Part shown: positions 20,270 to 29,406 of the stretch, one piece after another
How positions within the stretch are numbered: position 1 is the stretch's first letter
Layout: each line of letters opens with the position of its first letter
Origin: Alphaproteobacteria bacterium
GTDB lineage: Bacteria > Pseudomonadota > Alphaproteobacteria > Rhodospirillales > Rhodospirillaceae
Assembly: GCA_003250275.1 (NCBI GenBank)
Contig: QKGW01000032.1
Coordinates: forward strand, 1 to 35,003
Length of the DNA stretch: 35,003 nt
Reading direction: 5' to 3'
Position numbers and translations under genes: made by a program
The notes under the pieces: generated by a model
Databases searched by the model: none
The model's input: only the letters and a program-made list of their open reading frames with translations
What the model was told of the DNA's origin: nothing

Positions 20270-21385
20270 TCAGCCACCGCGCGCGGTCGGGACGGCTCGT
20301 TCCTCGACGATGTGAAGTCCGTATCCGTCCAAACCAATAATCGTCTTGTGCGTATTGGACAATAGAATCATATCACGGACGCCGAGATCGAGCAGGATCT
20401 GCGCGCCGATGCCGTAGTCGCGCAACTCGCTGTCGGCGCGGCCTTCGGTGCGCGCCGCGGCGGCGCTGCTCCACGACGTCGGCGACGGATTGCGGATCAG
20501 CACCACGACGCCGCGCCCGAACTCGGAGATTTCCTGCATCGACCGCGCGAGCACGCCCTGGTGGCCGCGCAGGGTGTCGCCGAGGATGTCCTCGAAGACG
20601 TTGAGCGCGTGCATCCGCACCAGCGGCGGCTCCTCGCCCGAGATATCGCCCTTGACCAGGGCGACGTGCTCGCCGTCGGAGAACGAGTCCACGTAGACCC
20701 GCACCCGCCAGTCGCCGCCCCATTCGGAGGTCAGCGTCGTCTCGGTGCGGAAGGTGACGAACCGTTCGTTGCGGCGGCGATACGCGATGAGATCGCGGAT
20801 CTGGCCGATCTTGAGGCCGTGCGCGGCGGCGAACGGCAGGAGATCGGGCAAGCGCGCCATGCTGCCGTCGTCGTTCATGATCTCGCAGATCACCGCCGAC
20901 GGGTGCTTGCCGGCGAGGCGCGCGATGTCGACGCTCGCCTCGGTGTGCCCGGCGCGGATCAGCACGCCGCCGTCGCGCGCCATCAGCGGAAAGACGTGCC
21001 CCGGCGTGACGATGCCCTCGGCGCCGAGGTTCGGGTCGATCGCGGCGGCGATGGTGCGCGCGCGGTCACCGGCGGAGATGCCGGTGGTCACGCCTTCCGC
21101 CGCCTCGATCGAAACGGTGAACGCGGTGGCGTGGCGGGTGCGGTTGCGCGCCGCCATCAGCGGCAGGCCAAGGGCCTCGACGCGCTCGCGGTCGAGCGCG
21201 AGGCAGATCAGCCCGCGCCCGTGTTTCGCCATGAAGTTCACCGCCGCGGCGTCGCACGTCTCGGCGGGGATGATCAGGTCGCCCTCGTTCTCACGGTTCT
21301 CGTCGTCGACGAGGATGAACATCCGCCCGGCCTGGGCCTCGGCGATGATCTCCTCGATCGGCGCGAGCGGTATTTCCGCTGCCAT
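20270..21385 (-). CDS. ribB: DHBP synthase fused to a degenerate GTP cyclohydrolase II domain (RibBX)
   Basis: DDENRENEGD, GLIC, TAFTVS, TTGISAGDRA, PGHVFPL, RAGHTEA, CEIMNDDG. The C-terminal domain keeps VRMH and RDYGIGAQIL but lacks the zinc-binding cysteines. Confidence 0.95.
   Translation of the reverse strand: MAAEIPLAPIEEIIAEAQAGRMFILVDDENRENEGDLIIPAETCDAAAVNFMAKHGRGLICLALDRERVEALGLPLMAARNRTRHATAFTVSIEAAEGVTTGISAGDRARTIAAAIDPNLGAEGIVTPGHVFPLMARDGGVLIRAGHTEASVDIARLAGKHPSAVICEIMNDDGSMARLPDLLPFAAAHGLKIGQIRDLIAYRRRNERFVTFRTETTLTSEWGGDWRVRVYVDSFSDGEHVALVKGDISGEEPPLVRMHALNVFEDILGDTLRGHQGVLARSMQEISEFGRGVVVLIRNPSPTSWSSAAAARTEGRADSELRDYGIGAQILLDLGVRDMILLSNTHKTIIGLDGYGLHIVEERAVPTARGG
20334..20362 (-). 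promoter_or_regulatory. Candidate internal promoter for ribH-nusB-thiL-fliL inside the ribB 3' end
   Basis: Minus strand TTGTCC-N17-TATTGG inside a locally AT-rich run of rare codons. Confidence 0.45.
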
Positions 21386-21391
21386 GCCGCC

Positions 21392-21979
21392 CTACTCCTT
21401 CTCGAGCAGCCGCGCGACGTAACGCGCGAGCATATCGATTTCGAGGTTGACCTTGCTGCCGACGACGTAGTCGCCGAACAGCGTCACCGACTGGGTATGC
21501 GGGATGATGTTGACGCCGAAGGTATCGCCCTCGACCTCGTTGACGGTGAGCGACACGCCGTCGACCGCCACCGAGCCTTTCGGTGCCATGAACAGCTTGA
21601 GGTGCTGCGGCGCGCGGATGACGAAGCGCTTGGATTCGCCGTCGTCCTTGATCGAAACCACCTCGCCGACGCCGTCGACATGGCCGGAGACGATGTGCCC
21701 CCCAAGCTCGTCGCCGACCTTGAGGGCGCGTTCGAGGTTGACGCGCGAGCCTTCCGACCAGCCGCCCAGGGTGGTCTTGGAGAGGGTTTCGCCCGAGGCC
21801 TGCACCGCGAACCAGTCAGGACCGGTCTCGATCACCGTGAGGCAGACGCCCGAATTCGCGATCGACGCCCCGATCTCGACCGCGCCCATGTCGTAGGCCG
21901 TGGTGATCTCGAACCGGGTATCGCCGTCGTGCTGGATCGACCGCACGCGCCCGACATCGGTGACAATTCCGGTAAACAT
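21392..21979 (-). CDS. ribE: Riboflavin synthase (alpha chain)
   Basis: Invariant MFTGIV start at 21979, GASIANSGVCLTV, VNLERAL, GGHIVSGHVD, KGSVAVDGVSLTVN, IPHT, VNLEID. Confidence 0.97.
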   Translation of the reverse strand: MFTGIVTDVGRVRSIQHDGDTRFEITTAYDMGAVEIGASIANSGVCLTVIETGPDWFAVQASGETLSKTTLGGWSEGSRVNLERALKVGDELGGHIVSGHVDGVGEVVSIKDDGESKRFVIRAPQHLKLFMAPKGSVAVDGVSLTVNEVEGDTFGVNIIPHTQSVTLFGDYVVGSKVNLEIDMLARYVARLLEKE

Positions 21980-21998
21980 CCGCCTCTCTCCGCCGTTC

Positions 21999-23129
21999 TC
22001 AAAAATCCAGGGATTCCCGTTGGTAGACCTCAAGCACATCGCTGTCCAGCGGCAAGCGCCGCAGCGGCCGGAAACGCCGTGCCGCGGCGAGCTCCGCGAG
22101 GCCGAACGCGCCGACCGCGGCGAGGCCGTCGCCGCCGATCGCGAACGGCGCGCGGAACCAGACGATCTCGTCGACCAGGTCCGCCGCGAGGAACGCGCCC
22201 GCGAGCGTGCCGCCCGCCTCGACGAGTAGACGCGTCAACCCTTCCTCGCCGAGCACGCCAAGCAGCGCCGCGATCTCCGGGCGGCCGTCCGCCGCCGCGG
22301 GCAGCGGCAACACCCGCACGCCGCGCGCGTCGAGATCTGCGTCGCGGTCGGCATCGGCGTGCGCAGTGGCGAGCCACACCGGCGAGGTCTTGGCGGTCGA
22401 CCAGATCTGCGCGTCCTCCGCCACCGCGTCGCGCCCTTCAAGGACGATGCGCAGCGGCTGGCGCGCCTCGTAACCCGGCAGGCGCACGGTGAGGAGCGGA
22501 TCGTCGGCGGCCACGGTGCCTGAGCCGGTGAGCACCGCGTCGGCCTCGGCGCGCAGACGGTGGCCCTCGGCGCGGGCGCGCGGCCCGGTGATCCACTGGC
22601 TCTCGCCGCTCGCGGTGGCGATGCGCCCGTCGAGGGTCGAGGCGAGTTTGAGCGTCACCCACGGGCGGGCGCGCACGATGCGGCTGATGAACCCGGCGTT
22701 GAGCGCGCGCGCCTCGGCTTCGAGCACGCCCTCGGTCACGGCAACGCCCGCCGCGCGCAGCCGCGCGAGGCCGCGCCCGGACACCCGCGGATCGGGATCG
22801 CCGCAGGCGACGACGACGCGCGCCACCCCGGCGGCGATAAGCGCATCGGCGCACGGCGGGGTCTTGCCGAAGTGGCTGCAGGGCTCGAGGGAAACATAGG
22901 CGGTGGCGCCGCGCGCCGCGTCGCCGGCGCGGTCGAGCGCCTCGCGCTCGGCGTGGGGGCGGCCGCCTGGCTGGGTCCAGCCGTCGCCGACGACGACGCC
23001 GTCCTTCACCATCACGCAGCCGACCGCCGGATTCGGCCACACCCGGCCGAGCCCGCGTCGCGCCAGCGCCAACGCGTGGCGCATGAAGCGCGTGTCGGCG
23101 TCAGGCGCCGAAGGGATGTTCTTGCTCAC
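21999..23129 (-). CDS. ribD: Bifunctional pyrimidine deaminase / reductase RibD
   Basis: [50 protein letters not shown] start at 23129 overlaps the nrdR end; the start is uncertain. Confidence 0.96.
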   Translation of the reverse strand: MSKNIPSAPDADTRFMRHALALARRGLGRVWPNPAVGCVMVKDGVVVGDGWTQPGGRPHAEREALDRAGDAARGATAYVSLEPCSHFGKTPPCADALIAAGVARVVVACGDPDPRVSGRGLARLRAAGVAVTEGVLEAEARALNAGFISRIVRARPWVTLKLASTLDGRIATASGESQWITGPRARAEGHRLRAEADAVLTGSGTVAADDPLLTVRLPGYEARQPLRIVLEGRDAVAEDAQIWSTAKTSPVWLATAHADADRDADLDARGVRVLPLPAAADGRPEIAALLGVLGEEGLTRLLVEAGGTLAGAFLAADLVDEIVWFRAPFAIGGDGLAAVGAFGLAELAAARRFRPLRRLPLDSDVLEVYQRESLDF

Positions 23130-23571
23130 CGATTTTCCCAACAAGCTCCTCGAAGTCTTTGACTTCGCGGAAATTCTTGTAGACGGATGCGAACCGGATG
23201 TACGCCACCGGATCGAGGGTGAGCAGCGCCTCCATCACCATTTCGCCGATCTGATCGGACGCCACCTCGGTCTCGCCCGAGGACTCCAGACGCCGCTGGA
23301 TCGCGGTGACGATGCGCTCGATGCGCTCCGGATCGACGGCGCGCTTGCGCACCGCGACCTGGATCGAACGGGCGAGCTTGTCGCGGTCGAACGGGGTGCG
23401 CCGCCCATCCTTCTTGACCACGGCAAGCTCGCGGATCTGCACCCGCTCGAAGGTGGTGAAGCGCGAACCGCACTTCGGGCAGGAACGGCGGCGACGGATC
23501 GCCGCGTTATCCTCGGTGGGCCGGGAGTCCTTGACCTGGGTATCCTCGTTTCCGCAGAACGGACAGCGCAT
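23101..23571 (-). CDS. nrdR: Transcriptional repressor NrdR
   Basis: MRCPFC...VKDSR...[21 protein letters not shown] cone, [10 protein letters not shown]. Confidence 0.98.
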   Translation of the reverse strand: MRCPFCGNEDTQVKDSRPTEDNAAIRRRRSCPKCGSRFTTFERVQIRELAVVKKDGRRTPFDRDKLARSIQVAVRKRAVDPERIERIVTAIQRRLESSGETEVASDQIGEMVMEALLTLDPVAYIRFASVYKNFREVKDFEELVGKIGEQEHPFGA

Positions 23572-23600
23572 TCCTCCCCCCTTTTTTGTTATCGGCCCGG

Positions 23601-24896
23601 TCAGCCGGTGTAGGACAGACCGGGGTAGATCGGGAACTGCTTGAGCAGGGTCTCCACTTCGCCGCGCACCCGCGCCTCGACCAGCGCGTCGCCGTCGGGG
23701 TTCTGGTGCAGAACCTCGAGCACGTCGCAGATCATGTTGCCGACCTTCTCGAACTCGGCGACGCCGAAGCCGCGCGAGGTTGCCGCCGGAGAGCCGAGGC
23801 GGATGCCCGAAGTCACCGTCGGCTTTTCCGGGTCGAACGGGATGCCGTTCTTGTTGCAGGTGATCGCGGCGCGCTCGAGCGCCTTCTCGGCGACGTTGCC
23901 GGTGAGCTTCATCGGACGCAGGTCGACGAGCATCAGGTGGGTGTCGGTGCCGCCCGAAACGATGTCGAGACCGCGCGTCTTGAGGGTCTTGGCGAGCGCC
24001 TGGGCGTTGTCCACCACCTGGCGGCCGTAGTCGCGGAACGCCGGGGTCAGCGCCTCGCCGAAGGCGACCGCCTTGGCGGCGATCACGTGCATCAGCGGGC
24101 CGCCCTGCGAGCCGGGGAAGATCGCCGAGTTGAACTTCTTGGCGAGCGCCTCGTCGTTGGTGAGGATCATGCCGCCGCGCGGGCCGCGCAGGGTCTTGTG
24201 GGTGGTGGTGGTGACGACGTGCGCGTGCTCCATCGGGTTCGGGTGCACGCCCGCGGCGACGAGACCGGCGAAGTGCGCCATGTCGACCATGAACACCGCG
24301 CCGACTTCATCGGCGATCGCGCGGAAGGCGGCGAAGTCGATCACGCGCGGATAGGCGGAGCCGCCGGTGATGATCAGCTTCGGCTTGCACTCGCGCGCCA
24401 TCTTGGCGACCGCGTCCATGTCGATGCGCTGGGTCTCGCGGTCGACGCCGTACTGCACCGCGTTGAACCACTTGCCCGACACCGCCGGGGCGGCGCCGTG
24501 GGTCAGGTGGCCGCCCGCGTCGAGCGACAGACCCATGATCGTGTCGCCCGGCTTCACCGTCGCCATCAGCACGGCGAAGTTCGCCTGCGCGCCCGAGTGC
24601 GGCTGGACGTTGACGAATTCGGCGCCGAACAGCGCCTTGGCGCGGTCCATCGCAAGCTGCTCTGCCACGTCGACGCATTCGCAGCCGCCGTAGTAGCGCT
24701 TGCCGACGTAGCCTTCGGCATACTTGTTAGTGAGCACCGAGCCCTGCGCCTCGAGCACCGCCATCGAAACGATGTTCTCCGAGGCGATCAGTTCGATCTG
24801 CCCCTGCTGGCGGGCCAGCTCATGGCCGATCGCCGCGGCGAGAGCCGGATCGCTCGCCGCAAGCGACGTGGTGAAGAAACCGCCGGTCTGAACCAT
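23601..24896 (-). CDS. glyA: Serine hydroxymethyltransferase
   Basis: [43 protein letters not shown] (PLP Lys). Start ATG 24896. Confidence 0.98.
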   Translation of the reverse strand: MVQTGGFFTTSLAASDPALAAAIGHELARQQGQIELIASENIVSMAVLEAQGSVLTNKYAEGYVGKRYYGGCECVDVAEQLAMDRAKALFGAEFVNVQPHSGAQANFAVLMATVKPGDTIMGLSLDAGGHLTHGAAPAVSGKWFNAVQYGVDRETQRIDMDAVAKMARECKPKLIITGGSAYPRVIDFAAFRAIADEVGAVFMVDMAHFAGLVAAGVHPNPMEHAHVVTTTTHKTLRGPRGGMILTNDEALAKKFNSAIFPGSQGGPLMHVIAAKAVAFGEALTPAFRDYGRQVVDNAQALAKTLKTRGLDIVSGGTDTHLMLVDLRPMKLTGNVAEKALERAAITCNKNGIPFDPEKPTVTSGIRLGSPAATSRGFGVAEFEKVGNMICDVLEVLHQNPDGDALVEARVRGEVETLLKQFPIYPGLSYTG

Positions 24897-24938
24897 CCCT
24901 ATACCTTTCCTTAGAAGCAAGAGCCGAGAACCGGCTGG

Positions 24939-25400
24939 TTAGCAGCAACACCCGAGCTTGTCGACGCGGCGCTGATGGCGGCCGCCTTCGAACGGGGTGG
25001 TGAGAAAAATCCTGAGGCAATCCTTGGCGACCTCGTCGCCGGTGGTGCGGCCGCCGAACGCGATCACGTTCGCGTCGTTATGCTGGCGGCACATGCGCGC
25101 GCCGTAGGCGTCGTGGATCAGCGCGCAGCGGATGTGGGCGTGGCGGTTGGCCGCGATCGAGATGCCGATGCCGGAGCCGCAGACGAGCACGCCGCGCGCG
25201 GCCTTGCCCTCCGCCAGCGCCGCCGCGAGGCGATCCGCATAATCCGGATAATCCACCGAGGTTTCGTCGTTGACGCCGAGGTCGAGGACGGTGCAGCCCT
25301 CCGCCTCCAGGGTCTCCGCCAGGACGCGCTTCAGCGCGAGGCCGCCGTGGTCGCAAGCCACCGCGACAATTCCACCACTGGCTTTTACGTTCTCGCCCAC
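24939..25400 (-). CDS. rpiB: Ribose-5-phosphate isomerase B
   Basis: DHGG, SVDYPD, CGSGIGISIAAN, HNDANV, FEGGRHQRRV. The rpiB-glyA-nrdR order is conserved. Confidence 0.96.
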   Translation of the reverse strand: MGENVKASGGIVAVACDHGGLALKRVLAETLEAEGCTVLDLGVNDETSVDYPDYADRLAAALAEGKAARGVLVCGSGIGISIAANRHAHIRCALIHDAYGARMCRQHNDANVIAFGGRTTGDEVAKDCLRIFLTTPFEGGRHQRRVDKLGCCC

Positions 25401-25665
25401 CTATCTACTCCCGAGTTCCTGAACCACCGCGGGCCCGCCGAACGAGGCGGAAACGATCACCGCGCGCGCATGTGCATACCATATGTTGTGCCTGAACGCC
25501 AGGAGCCCGAAACCGAACGCCCCCGATGCGTCGAGTCGTCAGAAAATTCTTCTTAAGCGTGTTGAAACGTGTATCACACCCTTATTCCGATTATTTTCTC
25601 ACGATTCCCCTCATTACTTCCGCAGAATTGCTACCAGCCCAACAACCCATCCGTTAGCAAACCAA

Positions 25666-25710
25666 GTCGCAACCCGAAACCGACCACACAATCCGATCGT
25701 CGCAACCCGA
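25666..25710 (+). repeat. 12-bp perfect direct repeat GTCGCAACCCGA, two copies 33 bp apart
   Basis: Copies at 25666-25677 and 25699-25710 in the rpiB/mucR intergenic region. Confidence 0.85.
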
Positions 25711-25780
25711 GTCAGCGGCCCTATATTTCCATTGTCCACATGATTCACCAGATGAATATTGCGTCTGCGATAAGATCGAA

Positions 25781-25809
25781 TTGACACCTATTCGGAAGAA
25801 TGACATTTT
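25781..25809 (+). promoter_or_regulatory. Sigma70-type promoter of mucR
   Basis: TTGACA-N17-CATTTT about 40 bp before the ATG; GGAG RBS. Confidence 0.65.
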
Positions 25810-25848
25810 TTCGCCTCGCCCATCCAAACGTTGTGGAGTTGAAGAACC

Positions 25849-26271
25849 ATGTCCGGCACGCCCAATGAAAAGACCCAAAAAGACAACGTGATGAAAATGG
25901 CGGTCGACATTGTGTCAGCGTATGTGAGCAACAACCCGCTTCCGTCGGCACAGATTACCGAGGTGATCCGTTCGGTTTACGGCACCCTCGACGCGCTCAG
26001 CGGCGCGCCTGCCGATGTTCGGGAAGAAGCGCCGCGCCCTGCCGTGCCGGTCAAGAAGTCGGTGACGCCGGATTACTTGATCTGCCTCGAAGACGGCAAG
26101 AAGCTGAAGATGTTGAAACGTCACCTGCGCACGAACTACGGGATGACCCCGGACGAGTACAAGGCCAAGTGGGGCCTTCCGGCGGACTACCCGATCGTTG
26201 CGCCCAACTACGCCTCGCAGCGTTCCGAATTCGCGAAGAAGATCGGCCTCGGGCGCAAGAGCAAGGCCTGA
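25849..26271 (+). CDS. mucR: MucR/Ros family transcriptional regulator
   Basis: DIVSAYVSNN, PAVPVKKSV, LICLEDGKKLKMLKRHL, KWGLPADYPIVAPNY..RS..AKKIGLG. Confidence 0.96.
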   Translation: MSGTPNEKTQKDNVMKMAVDIVSAYVSNNPLPSAQITEVIRSVYGTLDALSGAPADVREEAPRPAVPVKKSVTPDYLICLEDGKKLKMLKRHLRTNYGMTPDEYKAKWGLPADYPIVAPNYASQRSEFAKKIGLGRKSKA

Positions 26272-26326
26272 GCCTTCGCCTTCCTGAGTATCGCGACCGC
26301 CGACGACGCAGCGCCCCGGGCGCAGA

Positions 26327-26509
26327 CTATCGGCGGTCGCGTAAGTTTTGCAGCAATCTCTGAAGCTTCCGCAACGCCGCCTGCTCCAACGAATAGCGCG
26401 ACATCGTCGCGCTGCCGACGACGACCGCCTCAATGCCGGTTTTCGCGTCGATCGCGGTGACTTTCACCGCATTCCCGAGTCGCACCATCTCGTACAAGAC
26501 TTCCGCCAT
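26327..26509 (-). CDS. Small conserved hypothetical protein (resembles DUF6898, from memory)
   Basis: MAEVLYEMVRLGNAVKVTAIDAKTGIEAVVVG...AALRKL; purine-rich sequence upstream of ATG 26509. Confidence 0.78.
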   Translation of the reverse strand: MAEVLYEMVRLGNAVKVTAIDAKTGIEAVVVGSATMSRYSLEQAALRKLQRLLQNLRDRR

Positions 26510-26555
26510 TCCCTGCCCGCCTCCGGCACGATCTCCACCGCGCACGATTTTACAT

Positions 26556-26585
26556 CGTAGATTCGTTATACAAGATTAATCTACG
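26556..26585. promoter_or_regulatory. 8-bp perfect inverted repeat, candidate operator upstream of metY
   Basis: CGTAGATT-N14-AATCTACG in an AT-rich divergent intergenic region. Confidence 0.5.
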
Positions 26586-26668
26586 GATAATTATTGGTTT
26601 ATGTTGACGCGCACCGGGATTTCGTGGCCATATCGGACTCTTCGTCCACATTTCCAGGACCCGCCGCC

Positions 26669-27961
26669 ATGACCACGCCCTCCCGTCACCCCGAAACCAT
26701 CGCCCTCCACGGGGGGTTCCGCAAGGATCCGGCGACCAACGCGGTCGCTGTGCCGATCTATCAGACCACCTCTTATCAGTTCAACGACGCCGATCATGCC
26801 GCCAATCTTTTCGGCCTGCGCGAACTCGGCAACATCTACACCCGCCTGATGAACCCGACCCACGACGCGCTCGAGCAGCGCATCGCCGCGCTCGAAGGCG
26901 GCGTTGCCGCGCTCGCGCTGTCGTCCGGCCAGGCGGCCTCGACGTTCTCGATCCTCAACATCGCCCAGGCGGGCGACAACTTCGTCACCTCGACCGACCT
27001 CTACGGCGGCACCTGGAACCTGTTCGCGCATACCTTCAAGCAGATGGGCATCGAGGCACGCTTCGTCGACCCGAAGGACCCGGAAGCGTTCGCCCGTGCC
27101 ACCGACGACCGCACCCGCGCCTACTACGCCGAAACCCTGCCGAACCCGAAGCTCAACGTCTTTCCGATCGGCGAGGTCGCGGCGATCGGCCGCAAGCTCG
27201 GCGTGCCGCTGATCGTCGACAACACCGCCGCGCCGATCATCTGCCGCCCGTTCGACCACGGCGCCGCGGTGGTGCTGTACTCGTCGACCAAGTACATTGG
27301 CGGCCACGGCACCTCGATCGGCGGTCTCGTGATCGACGGCGGCAACTTCGACTGGGAGGCCAATGCCGCCCGCTTCCCGCTGTTGAACCAGCCCGATCCC
27401 TCCTATCACGGCGCAGTGTGGACCGAGGCGGTCAAGCCGCTCGGGCCGATCGCCTACATTCTCAAGATGCGCGTCACCCTACTGCGCGACATCGGCGCGG
27501 CGACCACGCCGTTCAACGCGTTCATGCACATCCAGGGCCTCGAAACCCTGCCGCTCAGGATGCGCGCGCATTGCGAGAACGCGACCGCGGTGGCCGCCTA
27601 CCTCGCCACTCATCCGAAGGTCGCGCACGTCATCCATCCCTCGCTGCAATCGGGCTACGCCCGCCAGCGCGCGGACGCCTATCTCAAGGGCGGCTTCGGC
27701 GGTCTCCTCGGGTTCGAGCTCAAGGGCGGCCTCGACGCCGGGCGCGCGTTCATCGACGCGCTCAAGCTGTTCTATCACGTCGCCAACATCGGCGACGCGC
27801 GCAGCCTCGCGATCCACCCGGCGACGACCACCCACGCGCAGCTCTCCCCCGCGGAGCAGCTTGCCTCGGGTGTGTCCGAAGGCTATGTACGCTTGTCGAT
27901 CGGCATCGAACATATCGACGATATCCTTGCCGATCTGGAGCAAGCATTGGAGCAAGCGTGA
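26669..27961 (+). CDS. metY: O-acetylhomoserine aminocarboxypropyltransferase (sulfhydrylase)
   Basis: ETIALHGG, VPIYQTTSY, NIYTRLMNPT, LYGGT, VDNT, SSTKYIGGHG (PLP Lys), ANIGDARSLAIHPATTTH, RLSIGIE. Start ATG 26669. Confidence 0.93.
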   Translation: MTTPSRHPETIALHGGFRKDPATNAVAVPIYQTTSYQFNDADHAANLFGLRELGNIYTRLMNPTHDALEQRIAALEGGVAALALSSGQAASTFSILNIAQAGDNFVTSTDLYGGTWNLFAHTFKQMGIEARFVDPKDPEAFARATDDRTRAYYAETLPNPKLNVFPIGEVAAIGRKLGVPLIVDNTAAPIICRPFDHGAAVVLYSSTKYIGGHGTSIGGLVIDGGNFDWEANAARFPLLNQPDPSYHGAVWTEAVKPLGPIAYILKMRVTLLRDIGAATTPFNAFMHIQGLETLPLRMRAHCENATAVAAYLATHPKVAHVIHPSLQSGYARQRADAYLKGGFGGLLGFELKGGLDAGRAFIDALKLFYHVANIGDARSLAIHPATTTHAQLSPAEQLASGVSEGYVRLSIGIEHIDDILADLEQALEQA

Positions 27962-29232
27962 GCCTTTCCGCCGCGGGCAACCACTCCTCCGTGCCGGGCG
28001 AAACCCGGCCGGTCACTCTCGAGAGCATCCGCGCGGCGCAGCGCGTGTTGCAGGGCAACGTGGTGCGCACGCCGCTCGTCGCCGCGCCGGCGCTGTCCGA
28101 CATCACCGGCGTCGACGTGCGGCTCAAGCTCGAGAACCTGCAGCAGACCGGAGCGTTCAAGGCGCGCGGCGCGCTCAACAAGCTCGTCAGCCTCGCCCCC
28201 GCCGCGCGTCGCGCGGGGGTGATCGCGATTTCGGCAGGCAACCACGCCCAGGGCGTGGCGCTGCACGCCGGGCGGCTCGGCATTCCCGCCACCATCGTGA
28301 TGCCGATCGGCACGCCGATGACCAAGATCCAGCGCACCGAGGCGCTCGGCGCCACCGTCGTGCGTTTCGGCGAGAGCTATTCGGAAGCCGAGGAGTTCGC
28401 GCTCGATTTCGGCGCGCAGAAGGGTCTCACCCTGGTGCATCCGTTCGACGACCCGCTGGTGATCGCCGGCCAGGGCACCATCGGCCTCGAAATCGTCGAG
28501 GATTGCCCCGACCTCGACGCGATCATCGCGCCGATCGGCGGCGGCGGCCTGATCTCGGGCATCGCCACCGCGGTTTCGGCGCTCAAGCCCAGCGTCGTGA
28601 TCGACGGCGTGCAGGCCTACAATTACGCCGCGATGAGCGGCGCGATCTCGGGCTTCGGCGGCGCGATCGGCGGCGCCACCCTCGCCGAGGGCATCGCGGT
28701 CAAGAAGCCCGGCAAGCTCACCCGCTCGATCTGCGAGGCGTTGCTGCGCCAGATCCACACCGTCGACGAAGGCGCGATCGAACAGGGCGTCGAGGTCCTG
28801 TTCTCCAATCACAAGCTGATCGCCGAAGGCGCGGGCGCGGCCCCGGTCGCGGCCTTGATGCAGAACCACGCGCGCTACGCCGGCAAGACCGTGGTGCTGG
28901 TGATCTCGGGCGGCAACATCGACCCGGCGCTGCTCGCCACCATCCTGATGCGCGGCCTCGCCCGCGACGGCCGCCTCTCCCGCCTGCGCATCGGCATCCC
29001 CGATCAGCCGGGCTCGCTCGCGCGGGTGACGCGCATCATCGGCGAGGCCGGCGCCAATATCGTCGAGGTCCACCATCAACGGTTGTTCCTCGACGTCTCG
29101 GTGAAGATGACCGAGCTCGACGTCCTGGTGGAGACCATGGGCTTCGATCACGTCGCCTCTCTGGTGCAAGCGTTGAGCGACGCAGGCTTCCCCGCGCGCA
29201 TTCTTTCGTCGAGCGCGCAGGAAGGACGCTAG
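27958..29232 (+). CDS. ilvA: Threonine ammonia-lyase, short form with one C-terminal ACT domain
   Basis: KLENLQQTGAFKARGA, SAGNHAQG, HPFDD, GQGT, PIGGGGLISG, EGAGA, SGGNID, ACT domain DQPGSL. The GTG start overlaps the metY stop and has a GGAG RBS. Confidence 0.9.
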   Translation: MSLSAAGNHSSVPGETRPVTLESIRAAQRVLQGNVVRTPLVAAPALSDITGVDVRLKLENLQQTGAFKARGALNKLVSLAPAARRAGVIAISAGNHAQGVALHAGRLGIPATIVMPIGTPMTKIQRTEALGATVVRFGESYSEAEEFALDFGAQKGLTLVHPFDDPLVIAGQGTIGLEIVEDCPDLDAIIAPIGGGGLISGIATAVSALKPSVVIDGVQAYNYAAMSGAISGFGGAIGGATLAEGIAVKKPGKLTRSICEALLRQIHTVDEGAIEQGVEVLFSNHKLIAEGAGAAPVAALMQNHARYAGKTVVLVISGGNIDPALLATILMRGLARDGRLSRLRIGIPDQPGSLARVTRIIGEAGANIVEVHHQRLFLDVSVKMTELDVLVETMGFDHVASLVQALSDAGFPARILSSSAQEGR

Positions 29233-29320
29233 CCTTCGAGATCGGCAACGGAAACGCGATACGCGCCATGTCTCACAGTTGAGAACTCTTCGCGAATTTC
29301 CCGGAATTTTTGTTACATTC

Positions 29321-29351
29321 CTTGACTTGAAACCGCGCAACTGGCCATAAA
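29321..29351 (+). promoter_or_regulatory. Candidate sigma70-type promoter of motA
   Basis: CTTGACT-N18-CATAAA preceded by an AT-rich tract. Confidence 0.4.
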
Positions 29352-29406
29352 CATCTGGTGTCGCGGAAATGTCGAGTTGCGCCGCCGTGGGCGTTTCGGG
29401 GGGATT

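Noticed and set aside
25654-25710. Direct repeats as a mini-CRISPR or iteron array
   Set aside because: Only two 12-bp copies with a 21-bp spacer, and no cas or rep gene. Kept only as a candidate regulatory repeat.
26586-26668. SAM-II or SAM-SAH riboswitch before metY
   Set aside because: I could not find the consensus elements by eye, only a small GGAC/GTCC hairpin. An Rfam scan would be decisive.
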